From contig JAKMEE010000032.1 in the NCBI GenBank assembly GCA_022426155.1, positions 9,800-73,799 on the forward strand: a stretch of DNA of 64,000 bases. The letters run 5' to 3'. Positions within the stretch are counted from its first letter, which is position 1, and every line of letters starts with the position of its first letter. The notes below the pieces were generated by a model that worked only from the letters and a program-made list of their open reading frames with translations, did not search any database and was not told where the DNA came from. The DNA comes from Poseidonia sp. GTDB lineage: Archaea > Thermoplasmatota > Poseidoniia > Poseidoniales > Poseidoniaceae. Positions 9,310 through 18,843 of the stretch are shown here, one piece after another. The position numbers and the translations under genes are program-made.

Positions 9310-10074
9310 GTGAAGGTTCGCTTGCATCAGTTTTTATCGAGAACAGGGCACTTTTCTTCAAAGCGTGATGTCAAGAATGCCATTTGGAACGGAGACATTA
9401 CCGTCAATGGGTCCATCGTCAAAGACATCGCCTATCAGTTCAATTCCCGAACCAAGCCAGTGGAGTATCAGGGAAAACGTTTGCATTTACCTGATGCAGA
9501 TTTGATCTATGTCTTTCACAAACCTCCAGGTTATCTCTGCGCGAGGCTCAACGCAAAAGAACGCGCTATTGGAAAACGCTCTGTCTTTGATCTCTTTGAA
9601 GGTCGCGTAGACTCAACCGTATTTGCCCGGCTGTTAACAGTTGGACGATTGGACGAGGCCACCACAGGTCTTCTGTTTATCACCACCAGTGGAGATGTGG
9701 TTCACCGGATTACAGCCCCAGAACATCATGTGGCCAAGCGTTATTGGGTCTCAGCAAAGCGTCCGTTAACCGAAGAAGCAGAATTGCATTTGACAGGGGG
9801 CGTTACCATTGAGTTAGAGGTTGATGGCCACACTTCAGATTATACCACTCAGCCCGCGTCCATTGAACGAGTTGGCGACCGCGATTTCATTTTGGAAGTC
9901 CAGGAAGGAAAAAAGCGACAGGTTCGACGCATGGTCTCCGCAGTTGGGAATGCAGTTGAACATCTTCACAGGCTGTCAATTGCAGGAGCGACCCTTGACC
10001 AATTCGATCTCAATGAAGGGGCGTTTGTTGAGGTGACCTCCACGCAACTTGAGGCATGGTTAACTGAGGATTGA
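9310..10074 (+). CDS. rRNA pseudouridine synthase, RsuA/RluB/E/F family
   Basis: S4 domain RLHQFLSR, HKPPG, VGRLDEATTGLL, EGKKRQVRRM; GTG start after GGAGG (ORF extends to 9142). Confidence 0.9.
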   Translation: MKVRLHQFLSRTGHFSSKRDVKNAIWNGDITVNGSIVKDIAYQFNSRTKPVEYQGKRLHLPDADLIYVFHKPPGYLCARLNAKERAIGKRSVFDLFEGRVDSTVFARLLTVGRLDEATTGLLFITTSGDVVHRITAPEHHVAKRYWVSAKRPLTEEAELHLTGGVTIELEVDGHTSDYTTQPASIERVGDRDFILEVQEGKKRQVRRMVSAVGNAVEHLHRLSIAGATLDQFDLNEGAFVEVTSTQLEAWLTED

Positions 10075-10137
10075 CCAGACAAAAGACCTTGAACAGGAAG
10101 GCTCTGTCATGGTTGAGGATTGACCGTGCCCGGTGAT

Positions 10138-11307
10138 ATGTCTTGGATGAAAGCCCGTTTTGAAGAGTTGCAAGAGAAATCACTCTTGTGGGAGCCTCCA
10201 ACTCTCGAGGGGCCAAATCAACCCCGATGCCAAATGGATGGAAAACCGACCATTATGCTCTCAGCTAATAATTACCTCAACCTTACTACGCATCCAAAAG
10301 TGATGGAGGCCATGCAGGCGGCCACCACAAAATATGGTGCAGGGAGCGGTTCTGTTCGTGCCATCGCGGGAACCATGGACATCCATCTTGAAGCGGAAAA
10401 GAAGGTCGCGGAATTCAAGGGTGTTGAGGCCTCACTGATTTATTCAGCAGGTTATACCGTCAATGTTGGCTTGATTCCAACCCTCGTGACGGGTCCCAAA
10501 GATGTCATCATTTCCGACGAACTCAACCACGGTTCTATCATTGACGGTGTTCGTTTAACAAAGGCCTCTCGGGCTGTTTATGGTCATAACGACATGGGTG
10601 AATTGGAAGCAGTTCTCAAAGCGCACGAATCATCTGAAAGGAAATTGATTATCACCGATGGAGTGTTCTCAATGGACGGCGATATTGCTCCACTGGATGA
10701 AGTAACAGCCCTTGCAGAAGAATACGGTGCTATGGTTTACGTCGACGATTGTCACGGAGAAGGCGTGTTGGGCGATGGCGGTGCTGGAATTGTGGATCAC
10801 TTCAAACTTCAAGGAAAGGTTGATTTCGAGACGGGTTCGTTTTCTAAGGCCCTCGGGGTGCAGGGTGGTATTCTCGCAGGAACTGAAATGACTCGGACCC
10901 ATGCCCTCAATCATTCACGGTCGTGGTTACTTTCAGGTTCCCAGCCACCGGGTGTTGCTGCGGCGCAAAAAGCTGCGATTGAAGTGCTCATGAGTGAACC
11001 AGAACACCATGCAAAATTATGGGAGAATACAAATTATTTCCGGAAAGAATTGCAATCTATGGGCTTTGATACTGGCGACTCGATGACGCCGATTATTCCT
11101 GTCATGTGCGGTGAGTCAAGCGTTGCCAAAGCCATGACACAGGCCCTTGGAAGAGAAGGCGTGATGGCGGGGGCCATCGTCTTCCCAATGGTGGCACGAG
11201 ATAAGGCCCGAATACGCACGCAAATGTCTGCAGGCCTCTCTCGCCAAGATCTTGACGATGTCCTTGCGTGTTTTGAAAAAGTGGGCCCAGGGCTCGGTTT
11301 GATTTGA
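10138..11307 (+). CDS. kbl: Glycine C-acetyltransferase / alpha-oxoamine synthase family PLP enzyme
   Basis: SANNYLNL, GSGSVRAIAGT, SDELNHGSIIDG, DGVFSMDG, DDCHG, SFSKALG, ARIRTQMSA. Confidence 0.85.
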   Translation: MSWMKARFEELQEKSLLWEPPTLEGPNQPRCQMDGKPTIMLSANNYLNLTTHPKVMEAMQAATTKYGAGSGSVRAIAGTMDIHLEAEKKVAEFKGVEASLIYSAGYTVNVGLIPTLVTGPKDVIISDELNHGSIIDGVRLTKASRAVYGHNDMGELEAVLKAHESSERKLIITDGVFSMDGDIAPLDEVTALAEEYGAMVYVDDCHGEGVLGDGGAGIVDHFKLQGKVDFETGSFSKALGVQGGILAGTEMTRTHALNHSRSWLLSGSQPPGVAAAQKAAIEVLMSEPEHHAKLWENTNYFRKELQSMGFDTGDSMTPIIPVMCGESSVAKAMTQALGREGVMAGAIVFPMVARDKARIRTQMSAGLSRQDLDDVLACFEKVGPGLGLI

Positions 11308-11309
11308 GT

Positions 11310-11918
11310 TCACTCGGACTCAAAAGCATCAATGACTTCAAGCAACTCAGTGTCTTCTCCGACCATTTCTTCGGCCTCACTCTTCTCTTCTTGCTCAACT
11401 ACTCCACCGAATGGATCCTTGCCATCCTCAACCATGCACAATAAGCGCCAGCGTGGTGCCCATGATAAATGGACATAGACTGGGCCAGGTAGTAAAAGAA
11501 GCATCCAAATCAGGACAGCAGGCAGGCCGATCAATTCTGTGCGGTCAATCGTCAACATTGCCAAACCAATGAATGGCATGGGATAGAGGATGTATCGAGG
11601 AGGCGCTATTGGGTGGCGTTTTGAGAAGGCGATGAGCATCACCGAGAGAAAACCCGTGAATGCGCACGCAACGATGAGCAAGGAAGCATGGAAGACCCAT
11701 TCGACACCCCACACTTCGTTATTTGTGGCGCCAAATGCATAGGGGAGGAGTAATGCAAGTGAAACAAGAAGTGCGTAAAATGCTCCAATGTTCGCTGGGT
11801 GACTCAGCCACAAAGGTAGTTTTGAAAATCGGCGTGACAGCGAGGTCCCCAGAAGCGTATCACGCTCGTGTGGGGCTAAATGCTCCACCCGTTGCATCCA
11901 ATTCTCAACGGTTGTCAC
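11310..11918 (-). CDS. Hypothetical four-TM membrane protein
   Basis: 202-aa ORF with four hydrophobic segments and acidic tail. Confidence 0.7.
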   Translation of the reverse strand: MTTVENWMQRVEHLAPHERDTLLGTSLSRRFSKLPLWLSHPANIGAFYALLVSLALLLPYAFGATNNEVWGVEWVFHASLLIVACAFTGFLSVMLIAFSKRHPIAPPRYILYPMPFIGLAMLTIDRTELIGLPAVLIWMLLLLPGPVYVHLSWAPRWRLLCMVEDGKDPFGGVVEQEEKSEAEEMVGEDTELLEVIDAFESE

Positions 11919-11975
11919 GCCCCTCGGTCGCTTGAATGGGTTTTGAACTTAGGGGGTCAAATCTCCCCTCAGACC

Positions 11976-12653
11976 TCATTCTTCCTTGCGGAAGAACGAT
12001 ACCAATGGGCTCTCAACTTCGATTTCCCCTTCATCTTCCAACCAAGAGCGCTCAAGTAATCCAGAATCAAGCCCTTCCCGATCACGTGCTTCATCGATTG
12101 GATCAGGCACCGAATTCACGGCATTTCGCAAAGCGATGGCCTGGTTGATGAGGGCGAGGTGCCTCACAATCGTGGGGGTTCGTTCCTTTTGGGATGTGAA
12201 GTGACCTAGGACAGGATAGTCCAACGTGTCATGAACCAAATTATACCCTCCGAGTAATTCATCAGGAGCGAGACGGACTCGATGTTCACCGGTGTCAACC
12301 CAGCGCCCATCTGTTAGTTGAACTCGAACTTCTGCATCACTCAATGGGTTTTCATCCAGAAATGGATGGTTCATGTTGACTGCTAGGGGCGTGGTTGCGT
12401 GGCTGCGATATCGTGCCATGACAACCATGGCATTGAGTGCCATCAGGGATGCCCCAATGGTCAAGGAAACGGTACGGTCGGCGCTGAGCATAAGCAAGAT
12501 CACCCACACGATGATACCGGTTGCTAGACTTGCAAGAAGGCCCACATTTCGAGCTTGAACAAAGCCTTGAGCCACTGGAGTCTCAATGAACCGCAACATG
12601 CCAGCGGGTGGGTTGGATTGTGGACCCATGTCAAAGGTAATGTGTGGATTCAC
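11976..12653 (-). CDS. Hypothetical membrane protein (two TM plus soluble domain)
   Basis: Two hydrophobic helices; probable GTG start at 12653 after GAGGT, just past the DUF309 stop (ORF extends to 12740). Confidence 0.7.
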   Translation of the reverse strand: MNPHITFDMGPQSNPPAGMLRFIETPVAQGFVQARNVGLLASLATGIIVWVILLMLSADRTVSLTIGASLMALNAMVVMARYRSHATTPLAVNMNHPFLDENPLSDAEVRVQLTDGRWVDTGEHRVRLAPDELLGGYNLVHDTLDYPVLGHFTSQKERTPTIVRHLALINQAIALRNAVNSVPDPIDEARDREGLDSGLLERSWLEDEGEIEVESPLVSFFRKEE

Positions 12654-12660
12654 TTGAACC

Positions 12661-13047
12661 TCACGCCCGAGGTATTTGGTGGTCAGTGGCCTTGAGCTCC
12701 CAGGTTCCCACGTCCTTGGCATAATGGGATATGACTTCAAGATGCAGAGATATATTGAGGCCCCAGGCCACAGTCCAGCCTTTGAGTTTGGGCTCTAATT
12801 TAGCCCACTGGTTGGACACGCCACGTACTTTTTGTTGTTCGTGATGAAGCAATAGTGCAGCGGTTTGAATCAATCCCTGAATGAGCAGAACTTCACGTTG
12901 GGGTGCCATTCGGGCTTTGAGTTCGTTCCACAAATCTTCCCAGGATTCGTGTGCATGCCAAAATCTTCCAGCATCAAACCGTTCAAGTCCCTCTTGGAGC
13001 AAGATATCTTCGGAAGTCGACAACGGACCCGCTTGCTCCACCGCCAT
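12661..13047 (-). CDS. DUF309 domain protein
   Basis: FWHAHESWEDLW...LIQGLIQTAALLLH signature. Confidence 0.85.
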   Translation of the reverse strand: MAVEQAGPLSTSEDILLQEGLERFDAGRFWHAHESWEDLWNELKARMAPQREVLLIQGLIQTAALLLHHEQQKVRGVSNQWAKLEPKLKGWTVAWGLNISLHLEVISHYAKDVGTWELKATDHQIPRA

Positions 13048-13151
13048 GACGGCCCGTTGCCTTCTCGCTTGAAACACTTGGTGTTTCGTTCGTTTTCTCC
13101 GCACCTTTCAAGAGGGGGCTCGGAGGTTGTCAACTTCAACGGTGAGTTCGC

Positions 13152-15104
13152 ATGATTGAAATCCCGCACGGTGACCTCATCGAACAACGGCGCGGAGGCG
13201 TCGATGTTCTCCGTGTCATTGCCAAGGATTTGGAGCGTCACGAGCAATCTGGTGCGGTCAAGATATCCGCCCCAGACGGGACTCGTGTGGGGTGGTTGTT
13301 ATTTCGTATCGGGCTACCTGTGATGGCCTTTCACCACGGTGTAAAAGCAACACAAGGGCTTGAAGCACTTCTCGAAATTGAACAAGATGGTTTGAACATC
13401 GAGAACGAAGTGATGCTCTACGAAATGGGGGTGTCAGGTCTGCGTCAAACGATGAATGGCCACTCACACAGTATCCTTCACCTCGAGCGTGAAACTGAGG
13501 CATCGAGTGAAGGCCATTGGTGGTCTTCCGTCCGCCTTCCTTCGATCTCTTGGAATCGTGAAGCAAGGCCAGAAGATTACCAAACCTATGTCTTCGAACC
13601 CGAATCACTTCGACGAGGGCCCTCTAGGAGCAGTGCATCAGGTGATCAGGTCCTGATGCAGCCAGGGGATGTGTTGTTCATCGATTCTCCAGATCCACAC
13701 CCAATGATGCATCTTGGTATTGAGTTGGCAGAACGTGGATTGCCTTTCTTGGGATTGTTTGGGGCTCCTTTTGGTTCAACCGATGTGACACGTCGTTTGC
13801 CCATTCCCTCCTGCCATTCATTGATGGGCTCTCATGACCAACTTCATTCTCTTGAATCAGCGGATGACGTTCTGAAATGTCTTGAGACCTTCATGTGGGG
13901 TAATGAGCGTTCTGTTGTCGTCATCAACGGATTGGACCGATTGGGCAACGCTTTGGGAGATGATGCCATGCTCGATGTGTTTCGGGCACTCGTTGACGGT
14001 GTTCGTTTCAACGACCATCTCTTGCTATGCAGTACAGACCTTGAGGTCTTTTCGTTACCAGTGAGGCACGGCCTCTTGAGCGAGGCTCAAGAACTACAGG
14101 CAGCAACACTCAACAACTGGTTAAATGACACCGATGGCTTATTTGATCACCCGATTCTCACAGTCCAAGATGAAGATGAAGCCCGTTGGATTGAGGCTCA
14201 ATTGGTTCACCAACTTGGAGCTACCCCAAATGAAGAGGTCGCTGTTGCAAGTTTTTCGATGGAGGGGGGAGGGCTCCCCCCCGATGAAACAGAGCGGCAG
14301 GCAGCGGTAGAGGCACTTGCTGAACTCGTTGAAGACTGGCCAGCAGTGGAATCAGTGGAACCGGTCCCTTCGCATGTTAAAGTCCCACACAATTCCGAAC
14401 CAAGCGCATGGAAACCTTCCATTGAATCACCCGTTCGTTCTGGAAGATTTGTGAGCGAATCAACGCCGATTGAACCCGTAGTTGAACATGCAGTTCCTGT
14501 TGCGCTTCCTGAACCCAAATCAATCGCATCAACCACTTCGGATGTCAAGCCTGCATTACGACAACCGCAGAAGATGGTTCGTAGAAAGCCAAAGCCACAA
14601 TTCCCAGAGATCACCAACGGTTTGACCGTTGGCCGAAGTCACGCTCTGTCAGGTAATCCTCAATCATTGCCGGACTGGCCCGAACGAAACTCTTCTCCAA
14701 CTCGGTTCCTCAATGAGCAACTTGACCCTTACCAATCGCGACTTGAACAAGCCGAGAAACGACAAGCAATTCGACGTCCGATGCGAGAACAGACGGCTCT
14801 CAAGGACAATGTATCCGCAAGCGCTTCGTTCTCAGAACCTTCGTTGCCAGGAACTGTATCGGTCCCCACGCTGCCAAAAACACCGAGCGGAGAACAGATT
14901 CCCCTTGAAGGCGGAGTGCGACCGGAAGACGACCTCTCTACTAAACCTGCGAGGGAAGTGGCCTCCAGTGAACAACATACACCTACGATTGAGGAAGTTT
15001 ACGACCGATGGAACCAATGGGAAGATGAACAAATTGGCTCAACTACGGCTCTTTACAGCGAGCGTGGTGAAAAACTCAAAAAATTCGGGGAGGGTGAACA
15101 ATGA
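13152..15104 (+). CDS. DUF2226/PATAN-like N-terminal domain + DUF835 (inactive KaiC/RecA-like) domain + long Pro/Ser/Glu-rich tail
   Basis: MIEIPHGDL...SGAVKIS...GWLLFRIGLPVMAF...GLEALLEI...VMLYEM; SVVVINGLDRLGNALG...FRALVDGVRFNDHLLLCSTD; GGTGAG before start. Confidence 0.65.
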   Translation: MIEIPHGDLIEQRRGGVDVLRVIAKDLERHEQSGAVKISAPDGTRVGWLLFRIGLPVMAFHHGVKATQGLEALLEIEQDGLNIENEVMLYEMGVSGLRQTMNGHSHSILHLERETEASSEGHWWSSVRLPSISWNREARPEDYQTYVFEPESLRRGPSRSSASGDQVLMQPGDVLFIDSPDPHPMMHLGIELAERGLPFLGLFGAPFGSTDVTRRLPIPSCHSLMGSHDQLHSLESADDVLKCLETFMWGNERSVVVINGLDRLGNALGDDAMLDVFRALVDGVRFNDHLLLCSTDLEVFSLPVRHGLLSEAQELQAATLNNWLNDTDGLFDHPILTVQDEDEARWIEAQLVHQLGATPNEEVAVASFSMEGGGLPPDETERQAAVEALAELVEDWPAVESVEPVPSHVKVPHNSEPSAWKPSIESPVRSGRFVSESTPIEPVVEHAVPVALPEPKSIASTTSDVKPALRQPQKMVRRKPKPQFPEITNGLTVGRSHALSGNPQSLPDWPERNSSPTRFLNEQLDPYQSRLEQAEKRQAIRRPMREQTALKDNVSASASFSEPSLPGTVSVPTLPKTPSGEQIPLEGGVRPEDDLSTKPAREVASSEQHTPTIEEVYDRWNQWEDEQIGSTTALYSERGEKLKKFGEGEQ

Positions 15105-17104
15105 GTTCTACTCCTACCAAATTGGCTTTGGCTTTGGAAGATGCCAAGGAGAAAATCAAGGATACCATCTTGGCTCAAGCCTCTTCACCGGGTCCTGTGC
15201 CAATACCCCAGGAAAAACACATCCGTCCTGCATCATCAAAACTGAATACACTTTTGGGAACCAAGCATGTGAAGGACGAGCGTCCTTCTCTCTTCAAGAG
15301 GATTGGTGTGCCTCAACGACCAACCTACGATCTTGTTTCCGACCATGTCTTGGGCAAAGATGTCGAGGAGCATCGCACATTTTTAGAAAATTCGTCCACC
15401 TATGCGACGCATGTAGCCCAACGATTGAATCATTTACGAATGCAGCGCCAAAGTGATTTAGAGACCGACCAAACCGCTGATGATTCTGATGTATTCGTAG
15501 GAGTCGAGGGAGATGGGCGTCCAGTTTGGAATCATATTCTAGATGAGCAAAGGGGCTGGCATTCTACGCTCCCAGAGATTGATCTCCAGCCACCGAGCAT
15601 CGAAGATCCATTTCATGCGCGTCAGGTGTTGGATATCAAAGGAGATTGGCCTAAACGTTTGGCCTGGTCTGACCGTTTGACTTTCCGGCAGTGGTTTGTT
15701 TGCGATGAGAACATTCGAGCAACACAAGCATGTGAAGCCATCATTGATGCTCCATCTTCATCGTTGAATCCTTACGTCATTGTCGGCCAACCACATGCGG
15801 GTTGCTCTCACCTTCTGCATGCCACGGGGCAAGCTCTGTTGCGACGTCAAGAAGGACATGTATTGATGGTCGGTGCGGCTGATGTTGCGAACCTCGACGC
15901 CCTCACTTCGCAGTGGCAAGATGCCTTGGCCGCAGCCAGTGCAATCTTGGTTGATGACGTGCATGAATTTGCTGCACATCAAGATTGGTCTCATCAACTT
16001 GGGATTCTTCTAGACCACGCACTCAATCTTGGTTTGCAAGTTATTGTTGCTGGCCGTTCGAAGCCGGATAGATTGCCTCCCTCTCGCCTCAAAGAAGTAT
16101 TACGTCATTCAGCAAGTTCCACAGTTCAAATTCCTTCAAGAGCCACTTTGATGGCCTACGGGACGTGGCGCTCTTCGCAACTGAACCTGCTGGTAAACGA
16201 CGTTCATCTCGCCGCTATGGTTTCCATGGAACCAACCGGTTGGCGAGCGATGGAAGGACGATTGCAACAACTGGTCGTAGCCTTTGACTCGGGGGCAGTT
16301 CTTCTTGAACATGACAGTGTTGTGGATTTACTCAATGGTGATGTTCCGGGCCGCACTGCAAAGCATCAGGCCCTTGAACAACAACGAGTTGATGATACAG
16401 CTTCTCAATTGATCGGCCAAGCCATTGACAGTGTCTATTCATCTGTCGATACAGGTGGCGTTGAACTTCACTCCCCACTGGCCTCAATGGATGATGATGA
16501 TTATGAACCGCCCGAATGGGATGCAAGTGAATTCATGGAACGCGATGATTCCAACGTGAACCAGCGTGTTGCACAAACCATCGCCAAGATTACTCCTGCT
16601 GCTCCTTCTGTCCTTGATGTCAATGAGCGTGAACGCCATCTCATCGATCGTTCACGAACCCTTGAGGTGGATGATGCGTGGCGGGCAGCGGATGTTCTCG
16701 CTGCTTTGGATGAAGAAATTGATGCCCGTATCGATCACCGTCAGAGTTTCATGAAACAGGATTCAGAAGAACTCAATCGCCTTGAGGAGCGCATGGTTTT
16801 CTTGGCCCAAGAAGCCACAGAGGCAGATATTGAGCGATTGATATCCATCGCAGATGAACTTCGAGAACTCGAAGAACGACTGGCCGTATTGGACCCTGTC
16901 CAACAACCACTTCCTCACCTTGAACATACTCGCTCCCCTTCAACCCAACAGGGCATGGATGAGTATGAACCAGAAGGAGATTGGGACATTGATGAGGCGG
17001 AGGTTGAAGCCAACGATTTATTGATGAATGAACCGCCTCAAAAAACTCTGATTCGCCTGGGTCGAATTCGGCCAAAGACGGTGTTGATGGGTGAAGAAGA
17101 ATGA
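15101..17104 (+). CDS. DnaA/Hda-type AAA+ domain protein with degenerate Walker A and C-terminal coiled coil
   Basis: LTFRQWFVCDENIRA...LNPYVIVGQPHAGCSHLLHATG...ILVDDVHEFA...QVIVAGRSKP...RLKEVL...WRAMEGRL follows bacterial DnaA domain III; ATGA overlap with upstream gene. Confidence 0.8.
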   Translation: MSSTPTKLALALEDAKEKIKDTILAQASSPGPVPIPQEKHIRPASSKLNTLLGTKHVKDERPSLFKRIGVPQRPTYDLVSDHVLGKDVEEHRTFLENSSTYATHVAQRLNHLRMQRQSDLETDQTADDSDVFVGVEGDGRPVWNHILDEQRGWHSTLPEIDLQPPSIEDPFHARQVLDIKGDWPKRLAWSDRLTFRQWFVCDENIRATQACEAIIDAPSSSLNPYVIVGQPHAGCSHLLHATGQALLRRQEGHVLMVGAADVANLDALTSQWQDALAAASAILVDDVHEFAAHQDWSHQLGILLDHALNLGLQVIVAGRSKPDRLPPSRLKEVLRHSASSTVQIPSRATLMAYGTWRSSQLNLLVNDVHLAAMVSMEPTGWRAMEGRLQQLVVAFDSGAVLLEHDSVVDLLNGDVPGRTAKHQALEQQRVDDTASQLIGQAIDSVYSSVDTGGVELHSPLASMDDDDYEPPEWDASEFMERDDSNVNQRVAQTIAKITPAAPSVLDVNERERHLIDRSRTLEVDDAWRAADVLAALDEEIDARIDHRQSFMKQDSEELNRLEERMVFLAQEATEADIERLISIADELRELEERLAVLDPVQQPLPHLEHTRSPSTQQGMDEYEPEGDWDIDEAEVEANDLLMNEPPQKTLIRLGRIRPKTVLMGEEE

Positions 17105-17577
17105 GAGCACCCTGGTGGATGAAGGGCGTTCATTTTTCATGTCAATCGGGATGCGGTCGTTGTTGTGATCAACCCGGAGGGATCGTCTATCTCTCGTCTG
17201 ATGATGCAAAGCGGCTCGCTGAGCACGCACAATTGTCGGTGATTGATTGGTTGGAACGCGATGCTCGACAAACGCATGATGGGCGTTATGTGCTCAAAAG
17301 CCGGGAAGAAGATGGGATTTGCATTCACCTGAATGAACAGAAACAGTGTGGAGTTTACCAAGTACGTCCGCAGCAGTGTCGAGCCTTTCCATGGTGGGGT
17401 GAAAATTTAGCCTCTGACAGAGCTTGGAAGAAGGTCAAAGAGAATTGTCCAGGGATTGATGCTGAGGATGCAATCATTGTTGACGGACATACCATTCGAT
17501 TGCACGTCTTTGCAGACCGAGAGTCGAGCAAAGGATTCAGAACATGGCCTCCAGAACCGCGTCGGCGTAAATGGTAG
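17101..17577 (+). CDS. YkgJ-family (CxxCxxCC) cysteine-cluster protein
   Basis: FSCQSGCGRCC...CIHL...CGVYQVRPQQCRAFPWW...CPGI; ATGA overlap. Confidence 0.9.
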   Translation: MRAPWWMKGVHFSCQSGCGRCCDQPGGIVYLSSDDAKRLAEHAQLSVIDWLERDARQTHDGRYVLKSREEDGICIHLNEQKQCGVYQVRPQQCRAFPWWGENLASDRAWKKVKENCPGIDAEDAIIVDGHTIRLHVFADRESSKGFRTWPPEPRRRKW

Positions 17578-17676
17578 GCTGCGGCGGTGTTGCTGGCAAC
17601 ACCGAAGAAAACACCTCGATATTAGAGGAGCCGCATTTATACCAAACCCATCACTCGGCTTCTTCGGGGGAACACA

Positions 17677-18843
17677 ATGTCAGATGACCAAGGCATGTTC
17701 AACGTCACTGAAGCCCACCTCAATACCGGTCTTCGCGGAATCCCAGTAGGCACCTGCAGAACTTCCTTCGTAACACCAGGTGAAGGAGTTCACTACTGCG
17801 GTTATCCAATCAGTGAATTAGCCCACTTTCCTCCTGAAGATATTGTGTATTTATTGTTCAACAAAGAATTACCAACGTCCGAACAATCCGAAACATTCCG
17901 AGCAGATATTTCCAAACGTGGAGCAGTTCCCGAATCCGTCGCTGCGGTCTTTCACACATTGCCACGTGATGGCCATCCAATGGATTGGTTGAGCGTCGGA
18001 ATTCACACCCTTGGCATGCTCGATACTACAGGTGATTGGAAGGAAGATGCTCTCAATCTTATCGCCCGGATGCCTCGATTGATGGGCTTGCTCTTCCGAA
18101 TCCGTGAAGGCCGAACTGAGAATATTCCCGAAGATGATTTGTCGCAGACGATGGTACAACGTTTCGTCAACACCCTTGACATTGATGGTATCGATAAAGC
18201 CCAAATGGAACGCATTTTGGCAACCTACCTCGTGCTTCACATGGACCATGGTGGAGGAAACCTGTCAACATTTGTTGGAAAAGCTGTGGCCTCAGGTCAT
18301 GCAACGGTTTACGCTTCTATCGCAGGTGCTATGAACGCCCTTTCCGGTCCACTGCATGGGAGAGCCAACCAATCCTGTCTTGAATTCGTACTGCGTATCG
18401 GCACCAGCGACCCGACCGAAGTGGAAGCCTTCGTGCGAGGTGAATTGGAAGCTAAGCGACCCGTCTTTGGATTCGGTCACGCCGTTCTTCGTTCAGAAGA
18501 TCCACGTGCAACCGTTCAATTTGCTCTAGGTGAAACCATGTGCCCAAATGATGAAAATTTCAAAATCATCCGCACCCTTCGTGAAGTTGCTCCTCGCGTT
18601 CTCTCAGAAAACCCAAAAATCTCCAACCCCAACGCCAACGTTGACATCGCAAGCGGCGCCCTTCTCCACTATGTTGGATTCAAAGATCCAACCTACTACA
18701 CGACCTTCTTCGGTTGGGCTCGTGTTGCAGGTATTGGTGCACAAATCATCGATGAACGCGCAGTGATGCGAGGCGGAAGGGGTACCCCAATTTACCGCCC
18801 GAAATACATCGCTGAACAACAATCTTTGCGTCACATTGAGTGA
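17677..18843 (+). CDS. gltA: Citrate synthase
   Basis: GLRG, HPM, HMDHGGGNLST, GPLHGRAN, FGFGHAVLRSEDPR, NVD, IYRP. Confidence 0.92.
   Translation: MSDDQGMFNVTEAHLNTGLRGIPVGTCRTSFVTPGEGVHYCGYPISELAHFPPEDIVYLLFNKELPTSEQSETFRADISKRGAVPESVAAVFHTLPRDGHPMDWLSVGIHTLGMLDTTGDWKEDALNLIARMPRLMGLLFRIREGRTENIPEDDLSQTMVQRFVNTLDIDGIDKAQMERILATYLVLHMDHGGGNLSTFVGKAVASGHATVYASIAGAMNALSGPLHGRANQSCLEFVLRIGTSDPTEVEAFVRGELEAKRPVFGFGHAVLRSEDPRATVQFALGETMCPNDENFKIIRTLREVAPRVLSENPKISNPNANVDIASGALLHYVGFKDPTYYTTFFGWARVAGIGAQIIDERAVMRGGRGTPIYRPKYIAEQQSLRHIE

Noticed and set aside
14629-15456. 275-aa alternative-frame ORF spanning the DUF835/DnaA-like junction
   Set aside because: Fully overlaps two better-supported genes and has no recognisable motifs
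15101-17104. Calling this gene a true dnaA marking oriC, or bacterial contamination
   Set aside because: No Walker A Lys, no domain IV, no dnaN neighbour and no DnaA-box cluster noticed (not exhaustively scanned); it overlaps its neighbours in an archaeal contig
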